A stretch of DNA of 64,000 nucleotides from Bacilli bacterium (GCA_045119035.1 JBGVCU010000037.1:3301-67300); one strand, 5' to 3'. Counted from the first letter of the stretch, positions 25,493 through 35,901 are shown. Made by a program: numbers and translations. The notes: a model not told the origin generated them from the letters alone.

Positions 25493-27412
25493 ATGAAGAA
25501 AAGAGACATTTATTTATTTATTATTTTAATTATTGCTATTTTTGGGATACATATTACTAATAATAACTATTATGAATTTAATAATAAAACAGAGCAATAT
25601 ACGAGTAAAGTTATATCTAAATTAAGTTATGAAAGTTATATTCAGCCAATTTTAACAAAAAATAACATTGATATTTTCTTATCTGAATTTAGTGATGATA
25701 TTGAAGAAATAAATATAAATATAGAACAATTAAAGAGTGACTTAAATAGAGCAAAAACTGAATTAACTACTGCTATATCAAATAATGAGGCAGAAATTGA
25801 TGCAAAAATTGCTGCCTTAAACACAGCTATAGAGAATGCTGAAGAAGCTGCCAATTACTATTCTGATGAACAAGATGCTGCGTTAAAAGCAGAATTATTA
25901 GATTTAATAAATACTACTAAAACAGATATTATTAAATATATTGATTCCGAACTTGCAAAAGCAAAAACATCATTTGAAAGCAAATTAGCAATGAAAGCAA
26001 ACAAACCTGAAATTGCTGCAGAAATAGCGAGATTAGATTCACTTATCTCAGCAGCTGAGTCTGTTTCTAAAAGTTATACAAATGAACAAGATGCTGCGTT
26101 AAAAGAAGAATTGAAAAATTTAATTACTACAACTAAAACAGATATAATTAAATATATAGATGAAGAGTTATCAAAGGTTAATGAGAAATTGGATAATATA
26201 TTTAATTTTGTATATAATGAAAGTGAAGTTGATGCAAAACTTGCCGAATTAAGAAGTAATATTGAAAATGCAGAGAAAGTAACAAAATTATATTCTGATG
26301 AACAAGATGCTGCGTTAAAAGAAGAATTAAAAAATTTAGTTACTACAACTAAAACAGATATAATTAAGTATATAGATGAAGAGTTATCAAAGGTTAACGA
26401 GGAATTGGATAATATATTTAAATTTGTTTATAATAAAGCTGAAATTGATGCAAAACTTGCCGCATTAAGAAGTAATATTGAAAATGCAGAGAAAGCAACA
26501 AAATTATATTCTGATGAACAAGATGCTGCGTTAAAAGAAGAATTAAAAAATTTAATTACTACAATTAAAACAGATATAATTAAATATATAGATGACGAAC
26601 TTGCAAAAGCCAAAACATCATTTGAAAGCAAATTAGCAATAAAAGCAAATAAACCTGAAATTGATGCAGAAATAGCGAGATTAGATGCACTTATCTCAGC
26701 AGCAGAATCTGTTTCTAAAACTTATACAGATGAACAAGATGCTGCGTTAAAAGAAGAATTAAAAAATTTAATTACTACTACTAAAACAGATATTATTAAA
26801 TATATAGATGAAGAGTTATCAAAGGTTAATGATGAATTGGATAATATATTTAATTTAGTTTATAATGAAAGTGAAGTTGATGCAAAACTCGCCGAACTAA
26901 GAACTTTTATCAATAGTGCAGATAATGCAACAAAATTATATTCTGATGAACAAGATGCTGCGTTAAAAGAAGAATTAGAAGATTTAATAAATACTACTAA
27001 AACAGATATTATTAAATATATAGATGAAGAGTTATCAAAGGTTAATGAGGATTTAGATAATATATTTAATTCAGTTTATAATGAAAATGAAGTTGATGCA
27101 AAGCTTGCCGAATTAAGAACTATTATTGATAATGCAGATAAAGCAACAAAATTATATTCAGATGAACAAGATATTGCTATAAAAAAAGATCTTGAAGCAA
27201 AAATTTTATCTGTAAAAAATGAATTATTAGAAACAATTAATTTAATTAATCAAAGAATTAGTAAATTTGATCATGATTTATTAAATTTAAAAAAGAAAAT
27301 TCAAATATTAACAATTTCATTTTCATGTTGTATTGGAGTATTATTTATATTATTTGGATTTTTATTTGTATATTTTTATAAAAAAAATAAAAAATTTATT
27401 AAAAAACTTTAA
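25493..27412 (+). CDS. repetitive coiled-coil surface protein (N-terminal signal/TM, C-terminal TM anchor + basic tail)
   Basis: 639 aa; about 8 near-identical ~72-aa units (YSDEQDAALKEELKNLITTTKTDIIKYIDEELSKVN…) with two alternating linker types; C-terminal hydrophobic segment + KKNKKFIKKL. Confidence 0.6.
   Translation: MKKRDIYLFIILIIAIFGIHITNNNYYEFNNKTEQYTSKVISKLSYESYIQPILTKNNIDIFLSEFSDDIEEININIEQLKSDLNRAKTELTTAISNNEAEIDAKIAALNTAIENAEEAANYYSDEQDAALKAELLDLINTTKTDIIKYIDSELAKAKTSFESKLAMKANKPEIAAEIARLDSLISAAESVSKSYTNEQDAALKEELKNLITTTKTDIIKYIDEELSKVNEKLDNIFNFVYNESEVDAKLAELRSNIENAEKVTKLYSDEQDAALKEELKNLVTTTKTDIIKYIDEELSKVNEELDNIFKFVYNKAEIDAKLAALRSNIENAEKATKLYSDEQDAALKEELKNLITTIKTDIIKYIDDELAKAKTSFESKLAIKANKPEIDAEIARLDALISAAESVSKTYTDEQDAALKEELKNLITTTKTDIIKYIDEELSKVNDELDNIFNLVYNESEVDAKLAELRTFINSADNATKLYSDEQDAALKEELEDLINTTKTDIIKYIDEELSKVNEDLDNIFNSVYNENEVDAKLAELRTIIDNADKATKLYSDEQDIAIKKDLEAKILSVKNELLETINLINQRISKFDHDLLNLKKKIQILTISFSCCIGVLFILFGFLFVYFYKKNKKFIKKL
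25858..27190 (+). repeat. intragenic tandem repeat array (about 8 units, ~216-222 bp period, high nucleotide identity)
   Basis: 'gaacaagatgctgcgttaaaagaagaattaaaaaattta…' recurs at about 25867, 26085, 26300, 26518, 26729, 26949, 27160. Confidence 0.85.
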
Positions 27413-27502
27413 TTAGAAAATATGTGTATTATTAATGAAATTATACATATTTAGAAATTATATATGTTATTATACAGATAATATCAAAACATCTATAAGT
27501 AA

Positions 27503-27541
27503 AAATAAAAAAGGAGCTTATAATTAAGCTCCTTATTTTTC
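27503..27541. terminator. bidirectional terminator (repeat protein / cvfB convergent)
   Basis: AAGGAGCTTA-taat-TAAGCTCCTT flanked by A- and T-runs. Confidence 0.8.
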
Positions 27542-28387
27542 ATTTAAAGTTATTAAATTTTCTTTAATTGTAATTAATTTTTGTTTATATAAATTTCCAA
27601 TTGCTCTTTTAAAAGCACTTTTACTAAATGGGAAGTATCTAGCAATTTCTTCTGGACTAGATTTGTCTCCAAGTGGAAGTGAACCACCTTGTGTTTTTAA
27701 GTGCTGTAAAATAATTTCACTATCATCAAGTCTACTTAATTCTTTATTAGGAATAAGTGTTCCGTTATAAGTAATTCTTTCTGTTTCGTGAATTACTTTT
27801 ACATTAATTCTTTGACCTAGGCGATATTTGCTTCTTAATAAACTTTTATGAACAAAGATTAAATTAAAGTTATCTGTACAAAGTGTAATACCTTCTGGAG
27901 AAATTCTATAAATTGTAGCTTCAACAGTTGAACCTATTTCAATTTTTTCAAGAGGTAATACATCTGTATTTCCAATCATTTTTGCTACTAATTGGTCTCT
28001 TTTAATTTTTATAATACAAGGCACAACATCCCCAACTTGTGGCCAAAGATCTGGGTTACTTGGCAAAAAGTCAGAAGAAAGTAAAATGTCTTTAGCAATA
28101 CCTATGTTTAAGAATACACCCATTGAATTATGTTTTGCTATTACTTCACAAAAAGCTGCTTTTGTAGTAGTAATAAGTGGAGTTTCAGTTGTTGCGCAAA
28201 GACGTTTCTTTTGATCATAATATAAAAATGCTTCAACATGTTGACCAATATTTAATCTATTTTTTGTTTGGTTAAAATGTAAGAAGATATCTGTAGTTTC
28301 ATTTTCATCAAGTGAATGTAATGTATATGCGATATCTGTTTCTTTAACCACTTCATATGTATCAATATTTCCAATTCTAAGTGACAT
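27533..28387 (-). CDS. cvfB: CvfB/YitL-family S1-like RNA-binding protein
   Basis: Tandem S1-like domains + C-terminal winged helix; probable start MSLRIGNID (the track start is 7 codons earlier and lacks an RBS). Confidence 0.6.
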   Translation of the reverse strand: MSLRIGNIDTYEVVKETDIAYTLHSLDENETTDIFLHFNQTKNRLNIGQHVEAFLYYDQKKRLCATTETPLITTTKAAFCEVIAKHNSMGVFLNIGIAKDILLSSDFLPSNPDLWPQVGDVVPCIIKIKRDQLVAKMIGNTDVLPLEKIEIGSTVEATIYRISPEGITLCTDNFNLIFVHKSLLRSKYRLGQRINVKVIHETERITYNGTLIPNKELSRLDDSEIILQHLKTQGGSLPLGDKSSPEEIARYFPFSKSAFKRAIGNLYKQKLITIKENLITLNEK

Positions 28388-28482
28388 AATATATATATTT
28401 CCTTTCATATAGATTTTACGTTAAAAAGTAATTTTTGTCAAGGAATAAGGTTATATAAATATGTCATATAAAATCAAACTAC

Positions 28483-28511
28483 TTGAAATATTTATTAAAA
28501 TATGTTATAAT
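28483..28511 (+). promoter_or_regulatory. sigma-A-type promoter of rplS (TTGAAA-17-TGtTATAAT), followed by a ~95-nt leader
   Basis: -35 at 28483-28488; TG at 28503-28504; -10 at 28506-28511. Confidence 0.5.
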
Positions 28512-28609
28512 ATATAAGCTGTATGTTATACAGTAAAGCACATTATTCCGCTGACATAAAATTTGGTTATATATGTTAAGAATTATGGAAGATAAGGAGA
28601 GTATATATT

Positions 28610-28957
28610 ATGAGTCAACAATTAATTAATGCTGTTACTAAAGAATATCTTAGAAATGATATTCCTGAGTTCCGTGCAGGTGACAACGTAAGAGTATACG
28701 TACGTATCAAAGAAGGAGACAAAGAAAGAATCCAAGTATTCGAAGGATTAGTTATTGGTCGCCATGGTGGTGGAATTTCTGCTACTTATACTGTTCGTAA
28801 AATCTCTAATGGTGTTGGGGTTGAAAGAATTTTCCCTCTTCATTCACCAATGGTTGAAAAAATTCAAGTTGTACGTTTAGGTAGAGTACGTCGTGCTAAA
28901 CTTAACTACATCAGAAATTTATCTGCTAAAGCTGCTCGTATTAAAGAACGTAGATAG
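28610..28957 (+). CDS. rplS: 50S ribosomal protein L19
   Basis: 115 aa; [26 protein letters not shown]. Confidence 0.95.
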   Translation: MSQQLINAVTKEYLRNDIPEFRAGDNVRVYVRIKEGDKERIQVFEGLVIGRHGGGISATYTVRKISNGVGVERIFPLHSPMVEKIQVVRLGRVRRAKLNYIRNLSAKAARIKERR

Positions 28958-28973
28958 TTATGGAATTATTAAA

Positions 28974-29003
28974 GATGTTACATTTAATGTAGCATCTTTT
29001 TTT
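28974..29003 (+). terminator. terminator after rplS
   Basis: GATGTTACAT…ATGTAGCATC + TTTTTTT. Confidence 0.7.
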
Positions 29004-29053
29004 GTTATTTAATAGTTTTATGATAAAATACATATGCAAATAAGGAGGTTAAG

Positions 29054-29827
29054 ATGGAAAATATATTAGTAATTAATAATATTAAAAAGACATTTAAATT
29101 AAGTAAAAAACAACAAAAAATTGAAAAAACAAATGCAACTCATAAAGTAGCTGTAAATGGTCTTTCATTTAGTTGTAACAAAGGTGAAATATATGGATTA
29201 TTGGGTCCAAATGGTGCAGGTAAAACAACAACACTTAGAATCATATCTACATTAATTAAAGCTGATGAAGGAGAAGTTTTAGTTGATGGATATAATATTT
29301 TAAAAGATTCTGATATTGTAAGAAGTAAAATAGGATTTTTAACAAGTGAATTGAAATTAGAAGATTTCTTTACTCCTGAATATTTATTTGATTTCTTTTC
29401 AAAACTACATAATGTTGATGATAAAACAATTAATGAAAGAAAAGAAAGACTATTTAAAAAATTTGGTATTGATCAATTCAGAGAAGTAAAAGTAAAAGAC
29501 TTATCAACTGGTATGAAACAAAAAGTTTCTTTAGTTATAGCTATTGCTCATGATCCTGAAATTATTATTTTTGATGAACCAACTAATGGTCTAGACGTAA
29601 TAACTGCAAAAACTGTAACAGATTTTTTACTTGAACTTAAAAAAGATGGTAAAACAATTTTACTTTCTACACATATTTTCTCTCTTGTAGAAAAATTATG
29701 TGACAGAGTAGGAATCATTATGGATGGTAAAATGATTAAAGAAGATACTTTAGTAAATCTAACTAAAGATAAGTGTTTAGAAGAAGTATTCTTTGATATA
29801 TATGATGAAGTAGGAGGATCTAGATAA
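29054..29827 (+). CDS. ABC transporter ATP-binding protein (ABC-2 type)
   Basis: Walker A GPNGAGKTT, signature LSTGMKQKV, Walker B IIIFDEPT. Confidence 0.8.
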   Translation: MENILVINNIKKTFKLSKKQQKIEKTNATHKVAVNGLSFSCNKGEIYGLLGPNGAGKTTTLRIISTLIKADEGEVLVDGYNILKDSDIVRSKIGFLTSELKLEDFFTPEYLFDFFSKLHNVDDKTINERKERLFKKFGIDQFREVKVKDLSTGMKQKVSLVIAIAHDPEIIIFDEPTNGLDVITAKTVTDFLLELKKDGKTILLSTHIFSLVEKLCDRVGIIMDGKMIKEDTLVNLTKDKCLEEVFFDIYDEVGGSR

Positions 29828-30969
29828 TGAGAACAATCTTTACTATTGTTAAAAAAGAATTAAAAAGATTCTTTAGCGATCCTCGTATGTTAGTTTCTTT
29901 ATTTTTACCAGGAATTTTAATTTATGGTATTTACTCTGTAATGGGTGGTTTTATAACAGAAAGTATGACTACTGATGAATATAATATTTATATTGAAAAT
30001 TTACCTGATAGTATGAAACCATATTTTGATGGACTACCATTAAATGTTTATGAAGAAGAACTTACTAAAGAAGAAATTAATACTTATATTAAAGATAATA
30101 CACTTGACTTATATATATCATTTGAAGATGATTTTGATAAGTTAGTTAATGATTATATATATAATTCAAATGTTCAAGCTCCTAATATTGATATTATATA
30201 TAATACTGCAAGTATCTCATCTTCAACATTACAACAAATCTTAGTAAGTTTGTTTGATCAATATGAAGCTACTTTAACAAATAAATTTAATGTAAACTCT
30301 GTATCACTTGCAACAGATGAAGATACAACAATGCAAACTATCACAATGATGCTACCATTCTTACTTATTGTCTTCTTATTTACTGGAGCAATGAGTATCT
30401 GTGCGGATTCTATTGCTGGAGAAAAAGAAAGAGGTACAATTGCAACTTTACTTATTACACCTACTAAAAGAAGTCATATTGTATTAGGAAAAGTTGTTTC
30501 ACTTGGAATTACAGCGTTAGCTAGTGCGATTGTAAGTGCACTTGGTTTATTTATGTCCCTTCCTAAACTATTAGGTACTGAATTTAGTTTTAGTATGTAT
30601 GGTGTAGGTACTTTAGCTCTTGCATTAATAATTATTATTTTAACAGTTTTATTATTTACTACTGTTCTTACAATGGTATCAACATATGCAAGAACAATCA
30701 AAGAAGCAACATCACTTTCTACTCCGCTTATGATCATTATCATGTTAATAAGTATGAGTAATTTAATGAACACAACTGCTTCAACATCTTTAGGTACTTA
30801 CTTTGTTCCAGTACTTAATGTATCACAATGCTTAGTACAATTATTTAGTTTAAGTGTAAATCCAATTACATTTATAATATGTATTTTATCTAATACAATA
30901 TACATTGCTATTGGAGTATATATTATAACTAAAATATTTAATAATGAACATATAATTTTTAATAATTAA
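29827..30969 (+). CDS. ABC-2 family permease
   Basis: 380 aa; N-terminal TM helix + extracytoplasmic loop + 5 TM helices; start overlaps the ATPase stop. Confidence 0.6.
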   Translation: MRTIFTIVKKELKRFFSDPRMLVSLFLPGILIYGIYSVMGGFITESMTTDEYNIYIENLPDSMKPYFDGLPLNVYEEELTKEEINTYIKDNTLDLYISFEDDFDKLVNDYIYNSNVQAPNIDIIYNTASISSSTLQQILVSLFDQYEATLTNKFNVNSVSLATDEDTTMQTITMMLPFLLIVFLFTGAMSICADSIAGEKERGTIATLLITPTKRSHIVLGKVVSLGITALASAIVSALGLFMSLPKLLGTEFSFSMYGVGTLALALIIIILTVLLFTTVLTMVSTYARTIKEATSLSTPLMIIIMLISMSNLMNTTASTSLGTYFVPVLNVSQCLVQLFSLSVNPITFIICILSNTIYIAIGVYIITKIFNNEHIIFNN

Positions 30970-31004
30970 AAAAGAAGGATTACAGATACCTGTAATCCTT
31001 TTGT
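30969..31004. terminator. bidirectional terminator (ABC-2 permease / CofE-like convergent)
   Basis: AAGGATTACAG-atac-CTGTAATCCTT. Confidence 0.85.
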
Positions 31005-31006
31005 TA

Positions 31007-32197
31007 TTAATTTGTATAGTTATCAAAATATCCTTGTACTAAAATAATAGGTGTTCCTTTATCTCCTGATCCACTTGTTAAATCACATAATGATCCTATT
31101 AAATCAGTAAGTTGTCTAGGAGTTGTACCTTGAGATGCCATATTTCCTACTAGATTATTTGTTTTAGCTTTAATACTATTTTTAATAGCTTCTTTTAAAG
31201 CTTCTCCTGATAAATCTTTATAATCATTATCTGCAAGATATTTTAATTTTAATTCATTTGGTGTACCAATTAATCCGCTTGTATATGCTGGGCTTACAAC
31301 TGGATCTGCAAGTTCCCAAATTTTTCCTTGTGGATCTTTGAATGCACCATCTCCATAAACCATTACTTCAATGTGTTTATTTGTTCTATTATAGAATTCT
31401 TTTTGGATAGCTTCAACTAAATCAAAACATTCTTTAGGGAATAATTTAATTTTATCTTCAGTAGATTTATTTGATCCTAGTAAACCATATCTAGTATTAT
31501 ATCCACTTCCATTAACACTTTCTGTTAATAAATCATCAAGACCTAGTACAGTTTTAGCACCATTTTCTTTTAAAATACGTTTTGTTCTTGCTCTTGTATG
31601 AATATCACAAGTAATAACAGTATCTGTATATTTCAAAATAGTTTTTGGATTATTTGCAAAAACTATTTCAACTTCGCATCCAGCTTCTTTAATAATATTA
31701 GAATAGTATTCAACATAATCTACTCCAGTAAATTCATGAACACCATATCCAAATAATTCACGATATCTTTCTAAAGAAAGTACATCACTATATGGATTTA
31801 CACCTGCTTCATCAAGTTGATCTAGTGTAATTAAAGCATTACCAACTTCATCACTTGGATAGCTTAACATTAATACAATTTTTTTAACACCTTTTGCAAT
31901 ACCTCTTAGACAAATTGCAAAACGGTTTCTTGATAAAATAGGAAAAATTACTCCAATTGTATCAGAATTAACTTTATTTCTAACATCAGTTGCAATATCA
32001 TCAACACTTGCATAATTTCCTTGAGAACGAGCAACAATTGACTCAGTTAAAGCAACAACATCTTTATCTCTTAGAGAAAATCCTTCAGATTCAGCTGCTT
32101 CTAAAACACTATCAACAGCAATCTTAACTAGATCATCATTTTCACGAATAATAGGACATCTAATTCCTCTTGAAATTGTACCAACTTTTCTTTCCAT
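31007..32197 (-). CDS. CofE-like (F420-0:gamma-glutamyl ligase family) protein
   Basis: N-terminal GIRCPIIRENDDL and C-terminal G-rich region (YGLLGSN…VYGDGAF) resemble the CofE fold; probable start at the second Met (RBS AGAAGG); the track start is 32215. Confidence 0.4.
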   Translation of the reverse strand: MERKVGTISRGIRCPIIRENDDLVKIAVDSVLEAAESEGFSLRDKDVVALTESIVARSQGNYASVDDIATDVRNKVNSDTIGVIFPILSRNRFAICLRGIAKGVKKIVLMLSYPSDEVGNALITLDQLDEAGVNPYSDVLSLERYRELFGYGVHEFTGVDYVEYYSNIIKEAGCEVEIVFANNPKTILKYTDTVITCDIHTRARTKRILKENGAKTVLGLDDLLTESVNGSGYNTRYGLLGSNKSTEDKIKLFPKECFDLVEAIQKEFYNRTNKHIEVMVYGDGAFKDPQGKIWELADPVVSPAYTSGLIGTPNELKLKYLADNDYKDLSGEALKEAIKNSIKAKTNNLVGNMASQGTTPRQLTDLIGSLCDLTSGSGDKGTPIILVQGYFDNYTN

Positions 32198-32357
32198 AAA
32201 AGTACCTTCTTTCATAATTTAATTTAAATACTATATTATTATATAATATTTATATATTTTTTTCAACTAAGAAAAAAATATTTTTTCATTATGCAAAATA
32301 ATATATAATTTATTTGAAATATGATAAAATATATTAAAATTATTTATAGGTGATTAT

Positions 32358-33170
32358 ATGAAAGTATTAAGTATTCAAGATATCTCATGTTATGGGCAAT
32401 GTTCATTAACTGTAGCACTTCCTATTCTTTCTAGTTATGGAATTGAAACTGTAATTTTACCATCTGCTGTTTTAAGCACTCATACTTCTGGTTTTAAAGA
32501 CTTTACAGTACTTGATTTAACAAGTGAAATGCCAAAAATTATTAACCATTGGATTAGTGAAGGAATTAAATTTGATGCAATTTATACCGGATATATTGGT
32601 GACATTAAACAATTTGATTATATCTTAAAATGTAAAAATGAATTACTAAAAGAAGATGGATTATTTATTGTTGATCCAGCTATGGCTGATTATGGTAAAA
32701 TGTATCCAGCATTAAGTATTGATACAATTGAAGGAATGAAAAGAATTTGTAGTGTTGCTGATTATGTTATTCCTAATATTACAGAAGCTTCTTTTTTGAC
32801 AAACAATGAATATAAAGAAGTATATGACCATGATTATATATATAAGCTTTCTAATGATTTACTTAAACTAGGATCTAAAAATGTAATTTTAACAGGTATT
32901 GGTTATTCAGCAAATCAAATTGGTGCTGTATATCAAAATAAAGATGAACTAATTGAATACTACGGAATTAAACAACCTATTTCATATCATGGTACAGGAG
33001 ATATATTTTCCTCTGTAATTGTTGGTAATATAATGAATAAAGTAGATATGTTAGATAATTTAAAAGATGCTGTTGAGTTTATTATTGATTGTATTAAAGA
33101 AACATCAACAGACCCATTACATTCTTATGGTGTAAAGTTTGAAAAAGTATTAAAATCAAGAAAATATTAA
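32358..33170 (+). CDS. pdxK: pyridoxal/pyridoxine/pyridoxamine kinase (ribokinase superfamily)
   Basis: 270 aa; SIQDISCYGQCSLTVALPIL N-terminus, GTGDIFSS anion-hole motif. Confidence 0.65.
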   Translation: MKVLSIQDISCYGQCSLTVALPILSSYGIETVILPSAVLSTHTSGFKDFTVLDLTSEMPKIINHWISEGIKFDAIYTGYIGDIKQFDYILKCKNELLKEDGLFIVDPAMADYGKMYPALSIDTIEGMKRICSVADYVIPNITEASFLTNNEYKEVYDHDYIYKLSNDLLKLGSKNVILTGIGYSANQIGAVYQNKDELIEYYGIKQPISYHGTGDIFSSVIVGNIMNKVDMLDNLKDAVEFIIDCIKETSTDPLHSYGVKFEKVLKSRKY

Positions 33171-33430
33171 GCCAAGCATATTGTATGATGGTACTAAGAA
33201 ATACTATTGTTTCTTGTCAACGTTTTCAAATTATATTGATTGAATATATGTTAAAAATTTGATATAATATATATATCTAAATAAACTTGTAAAGATAGGA
33301 TTTATTCCTTGATTATAATTATGCGATCAGCTAATTCACATAATTATAAGCTGATGGCATAAGTAAAATACTTATGACGTTTTGTTGGGAAGTCTTATTG
33401 GCTTTCCAATTTTTATTTTTGGAGGAAAAT

Positions 33431-34969
33431 ATGAGAAAATGTATATTGTTCATATTCGTAATATTATTTTCATTATCTCTATCATCATGTAAAACAGATG
33501 TTTTAACTGTTTATACTGAGGCTGGATTTGCTCCTTTTGAATATATTCAAGATGGAAAAATCGTTGGTGTTGATGTAGATATAATGGAAAAAGTAGGAGA
33601 AAAATTAAATAAAAAAGTTGTTTTTGAAAATGTTGCTTTTGATACTATTATTGATGCAGTTAAAGATGGAAAATTAACTAATGTCGGAAGTGCTGGTTTA
33701 AGTATTACTGAAGAAAGACTTGAAAAAGTTGATTTTTCAAAAGTTTATTATGAAGCAAATTTATATGTAATATATAAAACAAGTAATGAAAACAAAATTA
33801 TTCATCAAATGACTGATGGAAATAATGGTGTATATTGGTCAAGTTTAACAACAACAAAAGGAATTGGAGTTCAAACAGGAACTACCGCTGATTTATTCCT
33901 AAGTGATGAAATTTCTGCAGGTGGACTTCTTGAAGGAATTAAAAAAACAGATTTTGACTCCCTTGATACTGCTATTAGTGATTTAGGTATTAATATTGAT
34001 TATTTAATTATTGATGAATTACCTGCAAAAACATTATGTAATAGTTATAGTAATATATCTACATTACCTCTTTACTATGCGTTAGATGAAGATGTGAAGG
34101 CAACTGATAAATATGCTATTTGTGTAACAAAAAATCATCCTGAATTATTAACAGCAATTAATGAAGTAATTGATGAATTATTAGTTGTTGACGAAAATAA
34201 TGAAACAGGTATTGATAAATTAATAGCAAAACATTTAGGATTAAAACTTGAACAAAAAGATGATGGTAATTTATTTACTGACATTTATACAATAATTTCA
34301 ACACCTTCATATAGAAATTATTTATTACAAGGTTTCTTAAATACATTAATTGTTACGATTATTGCTGCATTAATTGGACTTGTTATTGGATTTATTGTAG
34401 CTATTGTAAAAATACTTGCTGTTGATAATAAATATTTAAAAATTCCTAATATTATTTGTAACTTATATACAACAGTAATAAGAGGTACTCCAGTTGCTTT
34501 ACAACTTTTTGTAATGGTGTTTGCTTTACTTGCAATTCCTGGTTTTAAAGTTACAGCGGTAATTTTAACATTTGGAATTAATTCTGGTGCATATGTATCT
34601 GAAAGTATTAGAGCTGGTATAATGAGTGTTGATAAAGGGCAAATGGAAGCAGGAAGATCACTTGGTTTATCAAAACTTACAACAATGAGAAAAATAATTA
34701 TTCCTCAAGCAATTAAAAATGTAATTCCTGCAATTGGTAATGAACTTATTGCTTTAGTAAAAGAAACTGCTATTGTATCAATGGTTGGTTCAACAATCGG
34801 AACATTAACTTTTGATTTAAATCAAGCAACATCTACAATAAATAAATCCCTTGCTAATTATTTAGCTCCAGCAATTTTAGCAGGTTTATTGTATTTATTA
34901 ATTGTATATGGTATTACTCTAATAATTAAATTAATTGAAAGGAGATTTAGTGTCAGTGATAAATATTAA
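33431..34969 (+). CDS. polar amino-acid ABC transporter, fused lipoprotein substrate-binding (family 3) + permease
   Basis: ATG at 33431 follows RBS GGAGG; lipobox LSLSSC; SBP_bac_3-like N-terminal half; C-terminal His/Gln-permease-type TMD. Confidence 0.75.
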   Translation: MRKCILFIFVILFSLSLSSCKTDVLTVYTEAGFAPFEYIQDGKIVGVDVDIMEKVGEKLNKKVVFENVAFDTIIDAVKDGKLTNVGSAGLSITEERLEKVDFSKVYYEANLYVIYKTSNENKIIHQMTDGNNGVYWSSLTTTKGIGVQTGTTADLFLSDEISAGGLLEGIKKTDFDSLDTAISDLGINIDYLIIDELPAKTLCNSYSNISTLPLYYALDEDVKATDKYAICVTKNHPELLTAINEVIDELLVVDENNETGIDKLIAKHLGLKLEQKDDGNLFTDIYTIISTPSYRNYLLQGFLNTLIVTIIAALIGLVIGFIVAIVKILAVDNKYLKIPNIICNLYTTVIRGTPVALQLFVMVFALLAIPGFKVTAVILTFGINSGAYVSESIRAGIMSVDKGQMEAGRSLGLSKLTTMRKIIIPQAIKNVIPAIGNELIALVKETAIVSMVGSTIGTLTFDLNQATSTINKSLANYLAPAILAGLLYLLIVYGITLIIKLIERRFSVSDKY

Positions 34970-35870
34970 TAATATATATAAAACATTTGAAGATGGAATT
35001 ACTGTACTAAAAGGAGTTTCATTAAATATTAAAAAAGGAGAAAAAGTTGTAATTATCGGTGCAAGTGGAAGTGGTAAATCAACTTTACTAAGATGTATAA
35101 ATCAAATGGAAAAACCAACATATGGTGAAATTTGGTTTAAAGACAAATTAGTTACACCTGTTGATCCTTATCTTCATAAAGAAGTAATATTAAAAAGTAA
35201 AACATTTAAAAAACTATTAAGTAATGAAAAAGAAGTAAATGATGAAGTAATTAATAAAATTATCAAAGAAATTAAAGAAAAAGATTTACTTAATGAAAAA
35301 CACGAAGGAAAAGAATATAATAACGAGATTAAAAAAATTTTAAAAGAAAATTATTTACATATTGATATTGCTAGACAAAAAATCGGGATGTGTTTTCAAC
35401 ACTTTAATTTATTTAATAATTTAACTATTATTGAAAATTTAACATTAGCACCTGTATCATTAAATTTACTTTCAAAAGAAGAAGCAGAGAAAAAAGCTCT
35501 AACATATTTAGAAAGAATTGGTCTATTAGATAAAAAAGATGTATATCCAGCTAAGCTTTCTGGTGGTCAAAAACAAAGAATTGCTATTATTCGTTCATTA
35601 TGTATGAATCCTGATGTAATGTTATTTGATGAACCAACAAGTGCATTAGATCCAGAAATGGTTGGTGAAGTATTACAACTTATGAAAGAACTTGCAAACC
35701 AAGGAATGACAATGGTTGTAGTAACTCATGAAATGGGATTTGCAAAAGAAATAAGTGATCGTATTGTATTTATGGAACAAGGTCAAATTATTGAAGAAGG
35801 TACTCCAAAAGAAATTTTTGAACAACCTAAAAATGAAAGAACTAAAGCTTTTTTAAGTAAAATATTGTAA
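34935..35870 (+). CDS. amino-acid ABC transporter ATP-binding protein (GlnQ-like) with an ~60-aa Lys/Glu-rich insertion
   Basis: Walker [11 protein letters not shown]-loop CFQHFNLF, signature LSGGQKQR, Walker [12 protein letters not shown]; the start may instead be the GTG at 34950 (RBS AAAGGAG). Confidence 0.8.
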   Translation: MKGDLVSVININNIYKTFEDGITVLKGVSLNIKKGEKVVIIGASGSGKSTLLRCINQMEKPTYGEIWFKDKLVTPVDPYLHKEVILKSKTFKKLLSNEKEVNDEVINKIIKEIKEKDLLNEKHEGKEYNNEIKKILKENYLHIDIARQKIGMCFQHFNLFNNLTIIENLTLAPVSLNLLSKEEAEKKALTYLERIGLLDKKDVYPAKLSGGQKQRIAIIRSLCMNPDVMLFDEPTSALDPEMVGEVLQLMKELANQGMTMVVVTHEMGFAKEISDRIVFMEQGQIIEEGTPKEIFEQPKNERTKAFLSKIL

Positions 35871-35872
35871 TA

Positions 35873-35901
35873 AACAGAACCAATTGGTTCTGTTTTTTTA
35901 T
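35873..35901 (+). terminator. terminator after the amino-acid ABC ATPase
   Basis: AACAGAACC-aatt-GGTTCTGTT + TTTTTT. Confidence 0.85.

Noticed and set aside
25858-27190. The ~216-bp tandem repeats as a non-coding satellite, CRISPR array or mobile repeat
   Set aside because: The repeats are in frame and uninterrupted within one long ORF, with a signal peptide and a C-terminal anchor. They are coding repeats.
33181-33430. T-box or known riboswitch upstream of the amino-acid ABC transporter
   Set aside because: No T-box consensus (AATTAGGGTGGTACCGCG-like) and no GC-rich core typical of SAM, lysine or glycine riboswitches could be found. Kept only as an unclassified structured leader.
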